A stretch of 62,992 nt of DNA, counting the filler, from Octopus bimaculoides (lineage: Eukaryota), in NCBI RefSeq assembly GCF_001194135.2. It is 5 parts of 5 records of this genome, joined end to end, with 100 filler letters (N's around TTAATTAATTAA, not from the genome) between each part and the next. Parts side by side here need not be neighbours in the genome. Positions count along the whole stretch, not along the records: positions 1 to 25,100 come from NC_069001.1; 4 more parts are not named here. One strand, given 5' to 3'. Below the pieces are notes generated by a model, which was not told the DNA's origin, did no database searches, and worked only from the letters and a program-made list of their open reading frames with translations. A program made the position numbers and the translations under genes. Position 1 is the first letter of the stretch. Every line of letters begins with the position of its first letter. Below are positions 1 to 12,455 of the stretch, piece by piece.

Positions 1-312
1 CTCTAAAAGAAATGGAAAAACTTTCAAAATACAAAGACCTGGAAATAGAGATAACTCGAATGTGGAATCTAAAAACAGAAACAATTCCTATCATAGTAGG
101 TGCCTTAGGTATAATAAAAAAAATATTCAGACAAATACATAACAAAAACACCAGGACTTACAAATATATATAACATACAGAAAATTGCACTACTGGGCAC
201 TGCACATATCTTACGCAAAACACTTTCATAGCAAACCACAGCACATACCCAAGGCGCACAGAGCTGCGCTCGGTAGTGAAGTGAAAGCACGTTATAAAAA
301 TAAAACTACTGA
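1..312 (+). mobile_element. 3' end of an RLE-type non-LTR retrotransposon (R4/Dong-like), followed by (TAA)n
   Basis: Translates with one frameshift as LKEMEKLSKYKDLEIEITRMWNLKTETIPIIVGALGIIKK/YSDKYITKTPGLTNIYNIQKIALLGTAHILRKTLS*. The EKxxKYxxL and PIIVGALG motifs are typical of the restriction-like endonuclease C-terminus. A short 3' UTR runs into a TAA array; a near-identical copy lies at 42135-42307. Confidence 0.85.
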
Positions 313-345
313 ATAATAATGATAATAATAATAATAATAATAATA

Positions 346-868
346 GGCGGTGACTCACATGGCTTCTGATCTTAACTGATTGGAAGTGTTATCACGTACA
401 TTGTTTTGACTTAGTATAAAATATTCTGTTCCATATCACAGATTTGTTTCTCAGTTGCTTGATCTAAATCAGTTCAGTATGTCCATTGCTGACTGACGAT
501 ATCTGCATCTCTGATCACGAGCAGAAGTAGTGGGGGAGCATCACAGGTATGTGTTGAGATGAATTCTTTGCAGTTTGGATAATTCACCTCTGGAAACATG
601 GCTGTTTTGTTTCACATCTTTAAACAACCCTTATTTAGCGACCTTTTGGGCTGGATTGGCTACTCGACCTCAACAAAATTCTTACTGGGCCCCACCTGCA
701 AGGTCATGAGCTGTTTATCTTGATATAGGAACTCCTTGTCAGGCACATATGGCTACGCTGTATGTGCCTGGTGTACTTTTATCAGAAGGGTAGTCATGTT
801 GGGTACACTGCGCTTCGTATATTTTACTCCAGGGCGCTTTGATGGCATGCACTGCTCTCTCACTCAAT
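346..868. repeat. Unclassified interspersed repeat bracketed by TAA/TGA arrays
   Basis: GC-richer ~520-bp block with sharp edges between (TAA)n at 312-345 and TAA/TGA repeats from 868. No ORF. The family assignment rests only on my recollection of octopus repeats. Confidence 0.4.
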
Positions 869-1464
869 AATAATGATGATGATCATGATGATGTTGATGA
901 TTTTAACGATGATGATGATGAGGATGATGATATTACCAATAGTCTAGCAATAATGCTTGTGGTAAAGTGTCTATGAAACAACTGTAGTATTTTGCAGTCA
1001 AATCTGTTTCTATAAGCTGGAGGGATACTCACAGATTTTCATGTCACATTAGTAAAACGATCAATTTCCACTGTCTCATAGTCGATAACCGTGGGCTGGT
1101 TTTCTGAAGTAAACTCCAAGTTCAATACCCAAATTGAGTTGATATCAATTTATATATTGCCGCTGAGGGAAATATATATATATAATACGTATGTGTATGT
1201 AAACATATATGCGCATGAGTGCAATTATATACTTTTGTATGTATAAACATCGTATGGTTACTGCTGGCTCTATGATAACAAAAATCCCTACATTCCCACA
1301 TTTCCATAAAACCGTAAAAAGTAGATATATTTCTTTCTACAGACACTATTACGTATACATACTAATTCAAAACTTCTTCAACCAAAGCCCACTGATTGAC
1401 GAAAATGGGTCTACCTTAATTTTATATATATATATGATGGGTATGAATTTATATTTATATATAG

Positions 1465-1565
1465 TTGAAATTTACAGAAAAACAAAAGATGAAGACAAGT
1501 GCATGAACAATCGGTAGGTGTATTAGTTTGCTCGGGAAAGTGAGAAAGTAATAAGAGAAAAGAAA
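1465..1565. repeat. Decayed copy of the ~170-bp TA-flanked hammerhead-carrying family, with the ribozyme part missing
   Basis: aaaacaaaagatgaagacaagtg...gtattagtttgctcgggaaagtgagaaagt aligns by eye with 45175-45245. Confidence 0.6.
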
Positions 1566-1571
1566 CACTTT

Positions 1572-1603
<32 letters not shown>

Positions 1604-2258
1604 TCTCTCTCTCTCTCTCTCTATTTATACTTTTATTCTATATATATATATTTCTATTCTTTTGACTCACTATATATTCACCTTATTAATTTTAATTTCC
1701 TTTATTTATGTGTATTGTTACTTATTTTTTAAAATTTAATTTTCTATTTTTATTCATCATTATTCATTCATCATTATATTCTAAGGAATCCGTTAACCCT
1801 TCACCCGCACATAATAATATCAAAATAATAAATCATCATACTTAGTCTGACGTCATGAACTCATAGGTCAGCATCTTCTTCTGTGATGAAATTATGCTCA
1901 TAACATATTAATGCAAATTTAATGCACAGATTTGTGATTTAATTATTGAGTACTAATAGAAACGGCTGTAAGATTTAAAGATTACCGATTTATTAATAAT
2001 AGATAATTATTAACTTTCAGGTCTCGATTTTCTTTTCTTCATTTCACTGGATATGAACTATATGCTTAATATATACCAATTGTTTTAAGGGATTTTCATT
2101 CCCCAATAATACTAGTTATTGAACTAGTATTCCCTTGGCTATAACCATTCCTTTATGTGGGATGGGTACATATCCTCTACATAAATCTATACATACATGT
2201 ATATTTATATACGTTTGTACGTGTCTGTCCCTCCCTCTAGCCCTCTCTCTCTCTCTCT

Positions 2259-2301
<43 letters not shown>

Positions 2302-2332
2302 AGTATATTTGCCATTTAAATGTGGCTGACCC

Positions 2333-2418
2333 CCTAAGGGTGGATGTTACTGTTGCTTTTAGCCCCAGGAGAACATCTCCTCCTGGGGCTAAAAGCAACA
2401 GTAACATCCACCCTTAGG
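2333..2418. repeat. Perfect 39-bp inverted repeat with 8-nt loop at a gap edge
   Basis: 2333-2371 cctaagggtggatgttactgttgcttttagccccaggag is the exact reverse complement of 2380-2418; Ns start at 2419. Confidence 0.95.
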
Positions 2419-4259
2419 NNNNNNNNNNNNNNNNNNNNNNNNNNNNNNNNNNNNNNNNNNNNNNNNNNNNNNNNNNNNNNNNNNNNNNNNNNNNNNNNNN
2501 NNNNNNNNNNNNNNNNNNNNNNNNNNNNNNNNNNNNNNNNNNNNNNNNNNNNNNNNNNNNNNNNNNNNNNNNNNNNNNNNNNNNNNNNNNNNNNNNNNNN
2601 NNNNNNNNNNNNNNNNNNNNNNNNNNNNNNNNNNNNNNNNNNNNNNNNNNNNNNNNNTATATATATATATATATATATATATGTATACGTACACAAATGC
2701 ACATGTCTCTCAGTGTTAAAATTTGTCAGCGTTCTTTTGAGTGTGCGGTTGCTTGCAGGCATATAGTTGCACCTATATAATTTTGATATAGCTGTAACAC
2801 TGTAAACAAATCCCAGTATATACAATTAGATGCAAAGTATATTTATGCACAACTATGTATTAGCACATTATGAAAATATTTTTATGTATACAGCATTTTA
2901 TCAAAACATACGCACACACATTAACGAACATATAGACGCACACACATACACACTAAAAAGCTTATACCTACACAAATGCATACCCGCACGTGCCTCATGT
3001 AATCAAGAATTTAAAATGCAGACCACAGCATCGTCGAAAATGGCGTTGAATTGCGGGGTGTGTATGCCAACAAATGTAAAGCTATTACTGAACGCTCCGA
3101 CGCAAATATACGGATGTATACATGTAATCCAAAAATTTTAGCACAGCACGGGATTTAATTACTATGTAAATTTAAATGATAATATCCTTATGAATATATG
3201 TATATAACTGAATACTGTTAAGAGTCTGTTGAATATATATATGAATGTGAATATTGATTAGCTTCGCATACAGGAAAAAAATCACATCATAGGTGAACAT
3301 ACTCACACGAACACGCACATACGTGTGTGTATATGTGTATATATNNNNNNNNNNNNNNNNNNNNNNNNNNNNNNNNNNNNNNNNNNNNNNNNNNNNNNNN
3401 NNNNNNNNNNNNNNNNNNNNNNNNNNNNNNNNNNNNNNNNNNNNNNNNNNNNNNNNNNNNNNNNNNNNNNNNNNNNNNNNNNNNNNNNNNNNNNNNNNNN
3501 NNNNNNNNNNNNNNNNNNNNNNNNNNNNNNNNNNNNNNNNNNNNNNNNNNNNNNNNNNNNNNNNNNNNNNNNNNNNNNNNNNNNNNNNNNNNNNNNNNNN
3601 NNNNNNNNNNNNNNNNNNNNNNNNNNNNNNNNNNNNNNNNNNNNNNNNNNNNNNNNNNNNNNNNNNNNNNNNNNNNNNNNNNNNNNNNNNNNNNNNNNNN
3701 NNNNNNNNNNNNNNNNNNNNNNNNNNNNNNNNNNNNNNNNNNNNNNNNNNNNNNNNNNNNNNNNNNNNNNNNNNNNNNNNNNNNNNNNNNNNNNNNNNNN
3801 NNNNNNNNNNNNNNNNNNNNNNNNNNNNNNNNNNNNNNNNNNNNNNNNNNNNNNNNNNNNNNNNNNNNNNNNNNNNNNNNNNNNNNNNNNNNNNNNNNNN
3901 NNNNNNNNNNNNNNNNNNNNNNNNNNNNNNNNNNNNNNNNNNNNNNNNNNNNNNNNNNNNNNNNNNNNNNNNNNNNNNNNNNNNNNNNNNNNNNNNNNNN
4001 NNNNNNNNNNNNNNNNNNNNNNNNNNNNNNNNNNNNNNNNNNNNNNNNNNNNNNNNNNNNNNNNNNNNNNNNNNNNNNNNNNNNNNNNNNNNNNNNNNNN
4101 NNNNNNNNNNNNNNNNNNNNNNNNNNNNNNNNNNNNNNNNNNNNNNNNNNNNNNNNNNNNNNNNNNNNNNNNNNNNNNNNNNNNNNNNNNNNNNNNNNNN
4201 NNNNNNNNNNNNNNNNNNNNNNNNNNNNNNNNNNNNNNNNNNNNNNNNNNNNATATATA

Positions 4260-4295
<36 letters not shown>

Positions 4296-5348
4296 GAGTT
4301 GACAAGGACACACACACGCGTGCCCACACGCATATACACACGTATATATATCATAAATTGATTTCACGTCATGGAATTCATCCCTATGTATATGTTTTTG
4401 TAAGCGCAGAAAGAATTTCTCTATATCTGATTCCCTGTTACGTGTGGTATGTGATCAGAATAATTCTGCGCATATATAGTTATACTCTCTCGTCGTAGAG
4501 CTACTAGCGCTTTTTAAACCACACACACACACACACACACCCACATACATGCCTACACTTATACACATACACACACACATATATATATACATGTACACAC
4601 TCGTGTGTATATACATATATATATATATACACACATATATATGCATATGCATATATAATTACATTCATATATATATATAAATGTGTGTATATATATATAT
4701 ATATATATNNNNNNNNNNNNNNNNNNNNNNNNNNNNNNNNNNNNNNNNNNNNNNNNNNNNNNNNNNNNNNNNNNNNNNNNNNNNNNNNNNNNNNNNNNNN
4801 NNNNNNNNNNNNNNNNNNNNNNNNNNNNNNNNNNNNNNNNNNNNNNNNNNNNNNNNNNNNNNNNNNNNNNNNNNNNNNNNNNNNNNNNNNNNNNNNNNNN
4901 NNNNNNNNNNNNNNNNNNNNNNNNNNNNNNNNNNNNNNNNNNNNNNNNNNNNNNNNNNNNNNNNNNNNNNNNNNNNNNNNNNNNNNNNNNNNNNNNNNNN
5001 NNNNNNNNNNNNNNNNNNNNNNNNNNNNNNNNNNNNNNNNNNNNNNNNNNNNNNNNNNNNNNNNNNNNNNNNNNNNNNNNNNNNNNNNNNNNNNNNNNNN
5101 NNNNNNNNNNNNNNNNNNNNNNNNNNNNNNNNNNNNNNNNNNNNNNNNNNNNNNNNNNNNNNNNNNNNNNNNNNNNNNNNNNNNNNNNNNNNNNNNNNNN
5201 NNNNNNNNNNNNNNNNNNNNNNNNNNNNNNNNNNNNNNNNNNNNNNNNNNNNNNNNNNNNNNNNNNNNNNNNNNNNNNNNNNNNNNNNNNNNNNNNNNNN
5301 NNNNNNNNNNNNNNNNNNNNNNNNNNNNNNNNNNNNNNNNNNNNNNNN

Positions 5349-7775
5349 CAACCAGTACCTAAAATACCTCAATATTCACTCTAATCACCACAGATCTACT
5401 TTCGATAACATAATCATGGGTATCTTAACCCGCATATCCGATCTATCCTCTTCCGAAGAAATCTTTAACAATCACGCTCCATACTACAATCAAGCATAGC
5501 GGCTAGTGGTTTCTCCCAACAAATAAAATACATCCATAACACCAGACTTAAACAATTTATATCCCAAATCACACCCCAAGGACATAACATTAATCACAAC
5601 CACAACCAACCACCCACATATTCAAACACACCCCACAAACACGCTTATAACACTAGGGCTAAATCTAAGATGTATAAAACAGTTAGCCGCACCAAAAATA
5701 TGGACAACTGCCCTCCATCTAAATACCTCGATTACAACATGCACAGAACCTCCCAAAAAAGCGGTGGCCGCTCCATCCTGTGGTACACCCCCCATTCTGA
5801 CTTAACACTAGGAACTTAGCCAAATCTTTCTTTAAAATACTAGATTCTAACTTCCCACGACAACACAAATACCACTCTATATTCAACAGATCCACTTTAA
5901 AATTGTCGTATTCTACCACTCCTAATTTCGAATCTATTATAGCAACTTCTAATAAACATAAACTTTCGCTCTATTACCAAAACTTACGCAACCATACCTA
6001 CGCTAGCGCCAGCACCCGACACACACATACACCCAACACGGACATTAATATACGTTCTTCTAACAATAACGCCCGTACACTCGAACAAAACCACAGTGGA
6101 TCCCAACCCATTAATATTCTAGATAATAACGATACCAATAATAACAATGATAGGACAAATAGCTATAACAATAATTCTATTGATCTAAATTCTTACACAT
6201 CCCCCAATAACGTATCCTCCAATAGTAATACCTCACCCACCAACCGACGCAACCCTCAAGCCTCCTATACTTGTAACTGTCGCTCCGGGACTATTTGCCC
6301 GCTTCAAACACATTGCGTAAGATACAACGTAATATATAAATGCACCGTGAGAAATCTATTACATAACTCTACTGCTACATACATAGGTGCAACTAAAAAC
6401 TTCAAACATCGCTACGCAGCCCATTTGCACTCTTTTAGATACGACAAACACAGTAGATTCTACAACATTAGCCAATCACATTCATCACCTCAAAAGCACA
6501 AATACCCAATATACTTTAAAATGGTCCATCTTAGATTCTGGAACTCCATACCAGGGCCAACGCTCGAACTGCAAGCTTTGCCTAATGGAGGCGTTCCATA
6601 TTTTAAAATACTAATCTCCCACTCTACTTAATCGATATAATGAAGCATTTAGCAACTGCAATCTCCGCTCTTGCCATACATTTAAATTTTATCACAAACA
6701 AAAATTCACAAACGATCACGCAATATAATCGCACGGCTCCCCATAGGCAACCTATTCGACCTGGCAAAAACATTCATCTTTTACCATCTTTTGAATAGAC
6801 TTATTTCCTTTTCAATCCTATCACCACTATATATATATTCCCAAATCTACTTCCTCTACACTCTACTTGACAATAACACCACCACCACATGCAGGATACT
6901 TGGTTACTTTCAATCCCAATTCCACCGTCTGTAAATAGGTTTAGCTATCTTTTAGAATATGACACTAGTAACTACCTATCCCAACTCCTCTCTCCCTTTA
7001 TTAGTGTCCTTGGTTCATCACCCATACCCCCACCACCTATATACTACCTCTGCGCATTCCTTCCTACTCACTAAACCATTTAACCTCATCCCCCCTTCCT
7101 CCTTCCCTCACTTTACTCATCCTCTCTATCCAGTCAGATCAACTGACCATAAAAATATACCACTACCATTCTCCACCTGAATCTTTCCTCTATCCTCTTC
7201 CCATTCTGTCTTCAAGACATGACCTACTTACCCTACGCACATTTCTCACTTGACTTGGGCATCCTTCAAGTAAACACAAGCAAAATACCTCGGACAAAAT
7301 GTGGCATATATTCACCTCTGCTACCTCAGCCTTCACTGCAGCAACTATTTCCGGATTATTCCCACAAGGATTACTTTACACGGATACTTACTACTGGAAT
7401 GAAACTACACTCCAAGTACTGTTCTCTCTTTCTTTCTTTTTTCAGCGCATCACACTCACTTTCACTTCATACTAAAACTCCCCGCCTATGAATATAATAA
7501 TCGATTCCTTTACTATTTCTGTCTCCGATGAAGGGAAGTACTGGATCTTCCCAGAAACAACTGTAAGACTCAATCCATAAAATATATTTCCAACCTTACC
7601 ATTGCTCTCTTTATCTTTTTGTATATTTACATATGCACACGCTAATACACGACTTATAATCCCCAATCCTGTTCATACAACAACTGGGGCAAAACTAGTC
7701 GGTATACAGCACTTACTCGGTATTACCTGTATCCTCTTGGGCTTGGTTAAATCCAATACCCTCCTCAACCTTGTA
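5349..7775 (+). mobile_element. Penelope-like retroelement, 3' part (RT thumb, linker, GIY-YIG endonuclease, pLTR region); frameshifted
   Basis: Recognisable blocks: YLNIHSNHHRST...RISDLSSSEEIFNNHAPYYNQA, RSILWYTPP, ILDSNFPRQHKYHSIFNRSTLKLSYSTTPNFESII, TCNCRSGTICPLQTHCVRYNVIYKCTV...TYIGATKNFKHRYAAH, STTLANHIHHLK...YTLKWSIL...NCKLCLMEA...LLNRYNEAFSNC. A hammerhead motif lies downstream at 7521-7569. The 3' boundary is approximate. Confidence 0.92.
7521..7569 (+). ncRNA. Type I hammerhead ribozyme-like motif (variant core CCGAUGA)
   Basis: GUCU-CCGAUGA-A-GGGAAG(UACUGGAU)CUUCCC-A-GAAAC-AACU-GUA-AGAC. Helix I is GUCU/AGAC, helix II is 6 bp, helix III is AC/GU, and the cleavage triplet is GUA. 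It sits at the 3' side of the Penelope-like element. Confidence 0.75.
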
Positions 7776-7829
7776 TATATATATATATATATATATATAG
7801 CCTACTTCATCATATATTCGTAATTATGG

Positions 7830-9230
7830 TGGAGAAGATTTAAAAGGAGCTCTGGTTGTCGTCTGGATGAGAATATTTAGGTCTCTAAATTGTGTCAAGT
7901 ATTTTAGTAAGATTATTTCTGCCAGTGTTTTCTCTGGCAGGTCAGATTTTGGTATCATTTTGTCAAAATCCGTAACTGTAATTTCGCTACCATTAATTGT
8001 GATAGCAAACCTGTTTAGGACGTTGTTGAAGTTTTCTGCCCACTTTTGCAGAATTCTATTTTGTCAGTTGGGAGAGTGGTCCCGTCAGTATTGAGCAGTG
8101 GTGATATTCCAGAGGACTGTGACTCGTAGATGGCTTTCAGAACATCGTAGAAGCGCTTGAAGTTGTTGCTGTCTGCATACTTCCGTATGTCACCTGCCTT
8201 GTTGCTAATCCAGGAATCTTTCAGGTCTCTGGGCTTTACTCACACTTTGTTTGTGTTGGGGGTGTTGTAGGCTGCTTTCTTGGAAGTCGACATGTTGTCT
8301 TGCTGAGAGAATCTGCAAGCTTCATACTTTTCGTCGAGCAACTTCTGGATTTCATCATCGTTGCTATCGAATCTCTTTTGGTGTCTACGTGTGCTCTGAC
8401 CCAGATGAGTGAATGCAGTGTTGTACAACCCGTCTCTGAACACCAACCAGTCCTCTACTCCCTTTGTACCAGTGTCGAGTTGGCTCAACTTGCTGCCTAA
8501 ATCTTGGCTGAGGTTCTGTTTCCCATTGTGCCCTTTCAATTTACTGATGTTTAGTCGCTTGTTTGCCGGTTTCCTTCGTGGTAGCTGACTTGGCTGGACG
8601 TACATGTTCAGTTTTGCGAGGATAAGCCTGTGATATGTCCAGAGTTCTATGTTTTACCTGGCCTTTGTAAACCTACCATCCTGCATGTCCTGTCTTCTCA
8701 CTATGATAATCAATTAGAGACCAATCTTTGCTGCATGGGTGCAGGCCGATACCTTTTTGCGGCTGGCAGGCGATACGCTGTGTAAGTAATCAGCAGGTCA
8801 TACGTTAGACAGGTCTTAGTTAGTAGATAACCTTTGCTGTTGCTCTTGTCAGCTCTGTTTCTCTCAATGACTGGTAGTCTGCATCAAATGTTGTATTGAA
8901 GTCGCCGAGAACGGCGAGCCTATCCTCTTTAAGTACGGCTGTTGTGAGGGCTTCCAAGTCTACATAAAATTTGTCTTTGAATTCCTCAAGATTAGTGATG
9001 GTGGAGGTGTAGGCACTGATGATGACATGGCCTTTTCTCTAAGGAAGACCCGCAGTCGACCATTCAGTTATTTGGGGAGGCTGGTTAGCTTGTGGATTAG
9101 AAAAGGTCTGATGGCAAAATCCCACTCCTGATTCACGACAATTGTCGTTGTTGCAGCCCTCTCAAAAAGACGGCATAATCGGTTTTGACTTCAATCAGTA
9201 ACCTTTGTCTACAAGCTTGGTCTGACCAGC
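7830..9230 (-). mobile_element. RTE-clade LINE fragment (APE endonuclease to pre-RT region), degraded
   Basis: Minus-strand blocks: SGVGF, ISAYTSTITNLEEFKDKFYVDLEALTTAVLKEDRLAVLGDFN, RDLKDSWISNKAGDIRKYADSNNFKRFYDVLKAIYESQSSGISPLLNTDGTTL, ILQKWAENFNNVLNR. Multiple stops and frameshifts. Confidence 0.9.
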
Positions 9231-9409
9231 TTTGTAGATAAATGTTTAGAGGTTTTAAAATTATATTTTGTTCGTGTTTTGAAAAATAACGTAGTAAATA
9301 AATTAGTTAAGGCAGGATTTCTAGCAACATTTTTCAAGGCGTTTTTAAAACAAGTTTCTAAGCACCACAAGAAAGTTAGAGGACATGGAACGCACGTTGG
9401 AAATTTCTG

Positions 9410-9536
9410 GTCTATATCACAACTTATTCACGATCCCTGAAAAATTACACGCCGAACCTACTATGTTAGGCCCGTAGACTCCAAAGATTTTATATGGGCC
9501 TCCAGAGTACACGTGGACTCCGATTGAGAACCCCTG
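9410..9536. mobile_element. Possible single terminus of a hAT (Charlie-like) DNA transposon
   Basis: Ends in acgtggactccgattgagaacccctg, i.e. the reverse complement of a CAGGGGTTCTCAA-type TIR; no partner TIR found. Confidence 0.4.
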
Positions 9537-9971
9537 CTATGAAGAATATTTTATGCTGAATTTTTAGATTTTGCTGAGTTTCATTAATTTCATATCATCT
9601 ACCAATTTTTCAAGATGCTCTTTCATTTGACCTTGATATTTTAAATTTTTGTCGCATCTCAAATCTTTGGGATGTCTATAGCTGGATGTTGATGTGCATG
9701 AGACGTTTACTAATGTAATTCTAGAGAACTGTAGAGTCAAATTTATCTTAATATGTTTTAGTTATTTTGCCCCACTTACATTTGACATTACTGTGGTCAA
9801 AGAGAACGAGAAAAATTTCTTAATTAATGAATACGTTACAGTGTTTTTAATGCGTTTAGCTCATTCGCTTAGCTGATATAGTTTCTGTTAGTTGGTAAGA
9901 AATTGTAAAAAATATATTTTTCCTTATAGTCAAACGAGCAGTAAATATTACCCGTTCAAACAACTCCGATA

Positions 9972-10345
9972 CCTTTTATCCTTTACTTGTTTCAGCCATT
10001 TGACTGTGGCCACGCTGGGGCAATGCCTGAAGAATTTATACTTGAATGAATCAAACCCACAATTTATTTTTTAAAGCCTAGTACTTATTTTATTGGTATC
10101 TTTTGAAGAATCGTTAAGTGACGGAGATGTATACATATCAACACCGGTTGTGAAGCGGTGGTGGGGGACAAACATAAATAGACACACAGACACAGATGTA
10201 TGTATACGAAGGGGCGTCCCTCAATTTGCGTTTACCAAATCTAGTCACAAGTCTTTTGTCTGCTCGAGGCTATAGTGGAAGACACTCGCCCAATGTGCTA
10301 TGCAGTGAGACTGAACCCGGAACCATGTGTTTAGAAAGCCTGCAT
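9972..10345 (-). mobile_element. tRNA-derived SINE, family B (5'-eroded)
   Basis: Minus strand reads catggttccgggttcagtctcactgcatagcacattgggcgagtgtcttccactatagcctcgagc (B-box-like head and body) and ends ...cagtcaaatggctgaaacaagtaaaggataaaagg. Confidence 0.8.
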
Positions 10346-10379
10346 CTATATATATATATACATATATATATATAGAGAG

Positions 10380-10411
<32 letters not shown>

Positions 10412-10457
10412 GGATAGATAAATACATACATACATACATACATACATAATACATACA

Positions 10458-10489
<32 letters not shown>

Positions 10490-10828
10490 CACACACATGA
10501 ACGTACCAAACAAAACAGTGAAACAGTGAGAGTGGAACCATTAGAAGGCCGATGATAGAAACTGAAATGATGAATAGCGAAGCACGTCGAATCAGATCAC
10601 TTTACTCGCTGAAATCCAGTTTTATTACGGGGTGATTTAATGAAATGCAACTTATTGGGACACCGTCACCTAATAAATTTATCACAAGTTCCGTCCTTAG
10701 GTAGAATATGAAGAATTATATACATAAGTCCTTAGCCTATTGACCACCCATTGGCTACATCTGCAAACACATGCATAATGTAAATGTATATATATATATC
10801 AAAATAAGCAACAGGATATCAAGAGGTG

Positions 10829-10916
10829 ATTCAGTACGACCGTTTCAAGCGGCTCTATTTGATTGAACAATGCAATCATTACATCCATTTAAATGCAGAG
10901 TTATCCTCAGCTGCAT
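10829..10916 (-). ncRNA. Type I hammerhead-like ribozyme with extended helix II (left arm)
   Basis: Minus strand: AUGCAG-CUGAGGA-[~57-nt helix II with CUCU..AUUU/AAAUAGAG]-GAAAC-GGUC-GUA-CUGAAU. Canonical core, GUA triplet, helix I with one mismatch, and helix III ACGGUCGU self-complementary with G-U pairs. Confidence 0.75.
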
Positions 10917-11044
10917 AAATAAATAAATAGAAAGAGTCCATGCTGCTACTAATGTGGCAACATGAAATCATTTAGTCTTCTTGCTCTATTGGATCATTTG
11001 AGTAAAATTATATTAATGTGTCCAACTGATTAAAAATTCTATTT

Positions 11045-11132
11045 ATGCAGCTGAGGATAGCCCTGCATTTAAATTGAAGTAATAATTTCATTGCTCAATT
11101 AAATGGAGCCGCTTGAAACGGTCATACTGCAT
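11045..11132 (+). ncRNA. Type I hammerhead-like ribozyme with extended helix II (right arm)
   Basis: AUGCAG-CUGAGGA-[~57 nt]-GAAAC-GGUC-AUA-CUGCAU. Perfect 6-bp helix I; the G16.2 position is changed to A. Confidence 0.7.
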
Positions 11133-12246
11133 CACCTGTATATATCCTGTTGCTTACTTTGATTTTATTCACCTTGCTTTCAGTTGTACAGATAATACCG
11201 CACTTATTTAGTGCTTCAGCTTAAGTACCTAATTCAACTGAATCTAAATTATTTCTTATATATAAATATATATGTGTGTGTGTGTGTTCATGTGTGTGTT
11301 TCTGTGTCTGTTTAGGTATGTATATGTACATATATATGCATATGTGTGTGTATGTGTATATGCCTATGTGTATTTTTGTTTGTGTTTGTCTGTTTTTGTA
11401 CGTGTATGTATACATATATAGAGGTGCATGTTTACACATGCACCTCTATATATGTATACATACTATGTGTAGTAAATTCCAGTTATATGAGAAAGCCCCA
11501 ATTAATTGTGGTTTTCCTTGCAGCTAGTTGAATAACTATTGCCTCAGCTGTGTTAAGCAACAAGCTAGCGAAATGACTCTGCTAATAACACACTCAGAAT
11601 ATTGTTGCAAATGAATGTCATTGTTGACTGGTGTTAGTAACGTTCTTATAGTAAACTGGTAGAAACAAATGACATTTTAATCATATCTTCAGCGAAGAAC
11701 TTTAAGCTCGGTATGAGACATATATATATATATCAAAATACTGCATATAGAACTACAAGAAATGTGCTAATGTTTATATTGAATATTGACAATAGAGAAA
11801 CAGAAAATGTCTCAAGCTAAATTATGTTATGCTAAAAGTATATGATAGATACATTTAATTTTCTAGGCGGGAAACTAAACAGCTACGTGGATTTTTGCAT
11901 TCAATTTGAACTTCTTTGAAAAATTATTTTCAGGTGTATACTTAGCTCTAAATGATGTACGAAACAATGGATAAGAATTAAGCAAAAAGAGGGGAAAATT
12001 GAATGAAACAAAATAATTTTTCTACATTGTGAGAGACTAGATATGAAAGAATACATGGTTTAGCTGCAATAGTGGATGAAAAACAATGGTTATTTTACAA
12101 GACTTTCAATCACAGCAGTGTATGAATATATATACTATATGTATTTCAACAAAATTATAGATGGTAGATGCAACAGTAAATTCATATGATATAGTGTCTG
12201 ACAGTGATGGAAGAACTGGTTCTTGTATGAAATAAGGCTTAACTAA

Positions 12247-12455
12247 GTTAGCGAGCTGCCAGAACCATTAGCATGTCCATCAAAATGCTTAGCCGTACTT
12301 CGTCTGTGTTTACGTTCCGAGTTCAAATTCTGCCGAGGTAGAATTTGACTTTCGTTGCCGATAAACTACGTACCAGCCAGGTATTGGAACCTATGTAAAA
12401 GACTTCCTCCTCCCCTCAAAAACTGCTGGATCTGTGCCAAAATTTGAAATCATAA
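12247..12455 (+). mobile_element. SINE family A, tail type 1, diverged
   Basis: gcgagctgccagaaccattagc...gttccgagttcaaattctgccgagg...gtgccaaaatttgaaatc matches the best copy (50134) over head and body. Confidence 0.85.

Larger units (their letters stand above)
10798..11163. mobile_element. Fold-back made of two inverted ~135-bp hammerhead-bearing units (Penelope pLTR-like)
   Basis: 10798-10933 and ~11036-11163 are diverged reverse complements around a ~100-bp spacer; each arm contains a CUGAGGA...GAAAC core. Confidence 0.85.

Noticed and set aside
6268-6580. Selenocysteine recoding in the Penelope-like element
   Set aside because: All conserved Cys positions are TGT/TGC; no in-frame TGA at these sites.
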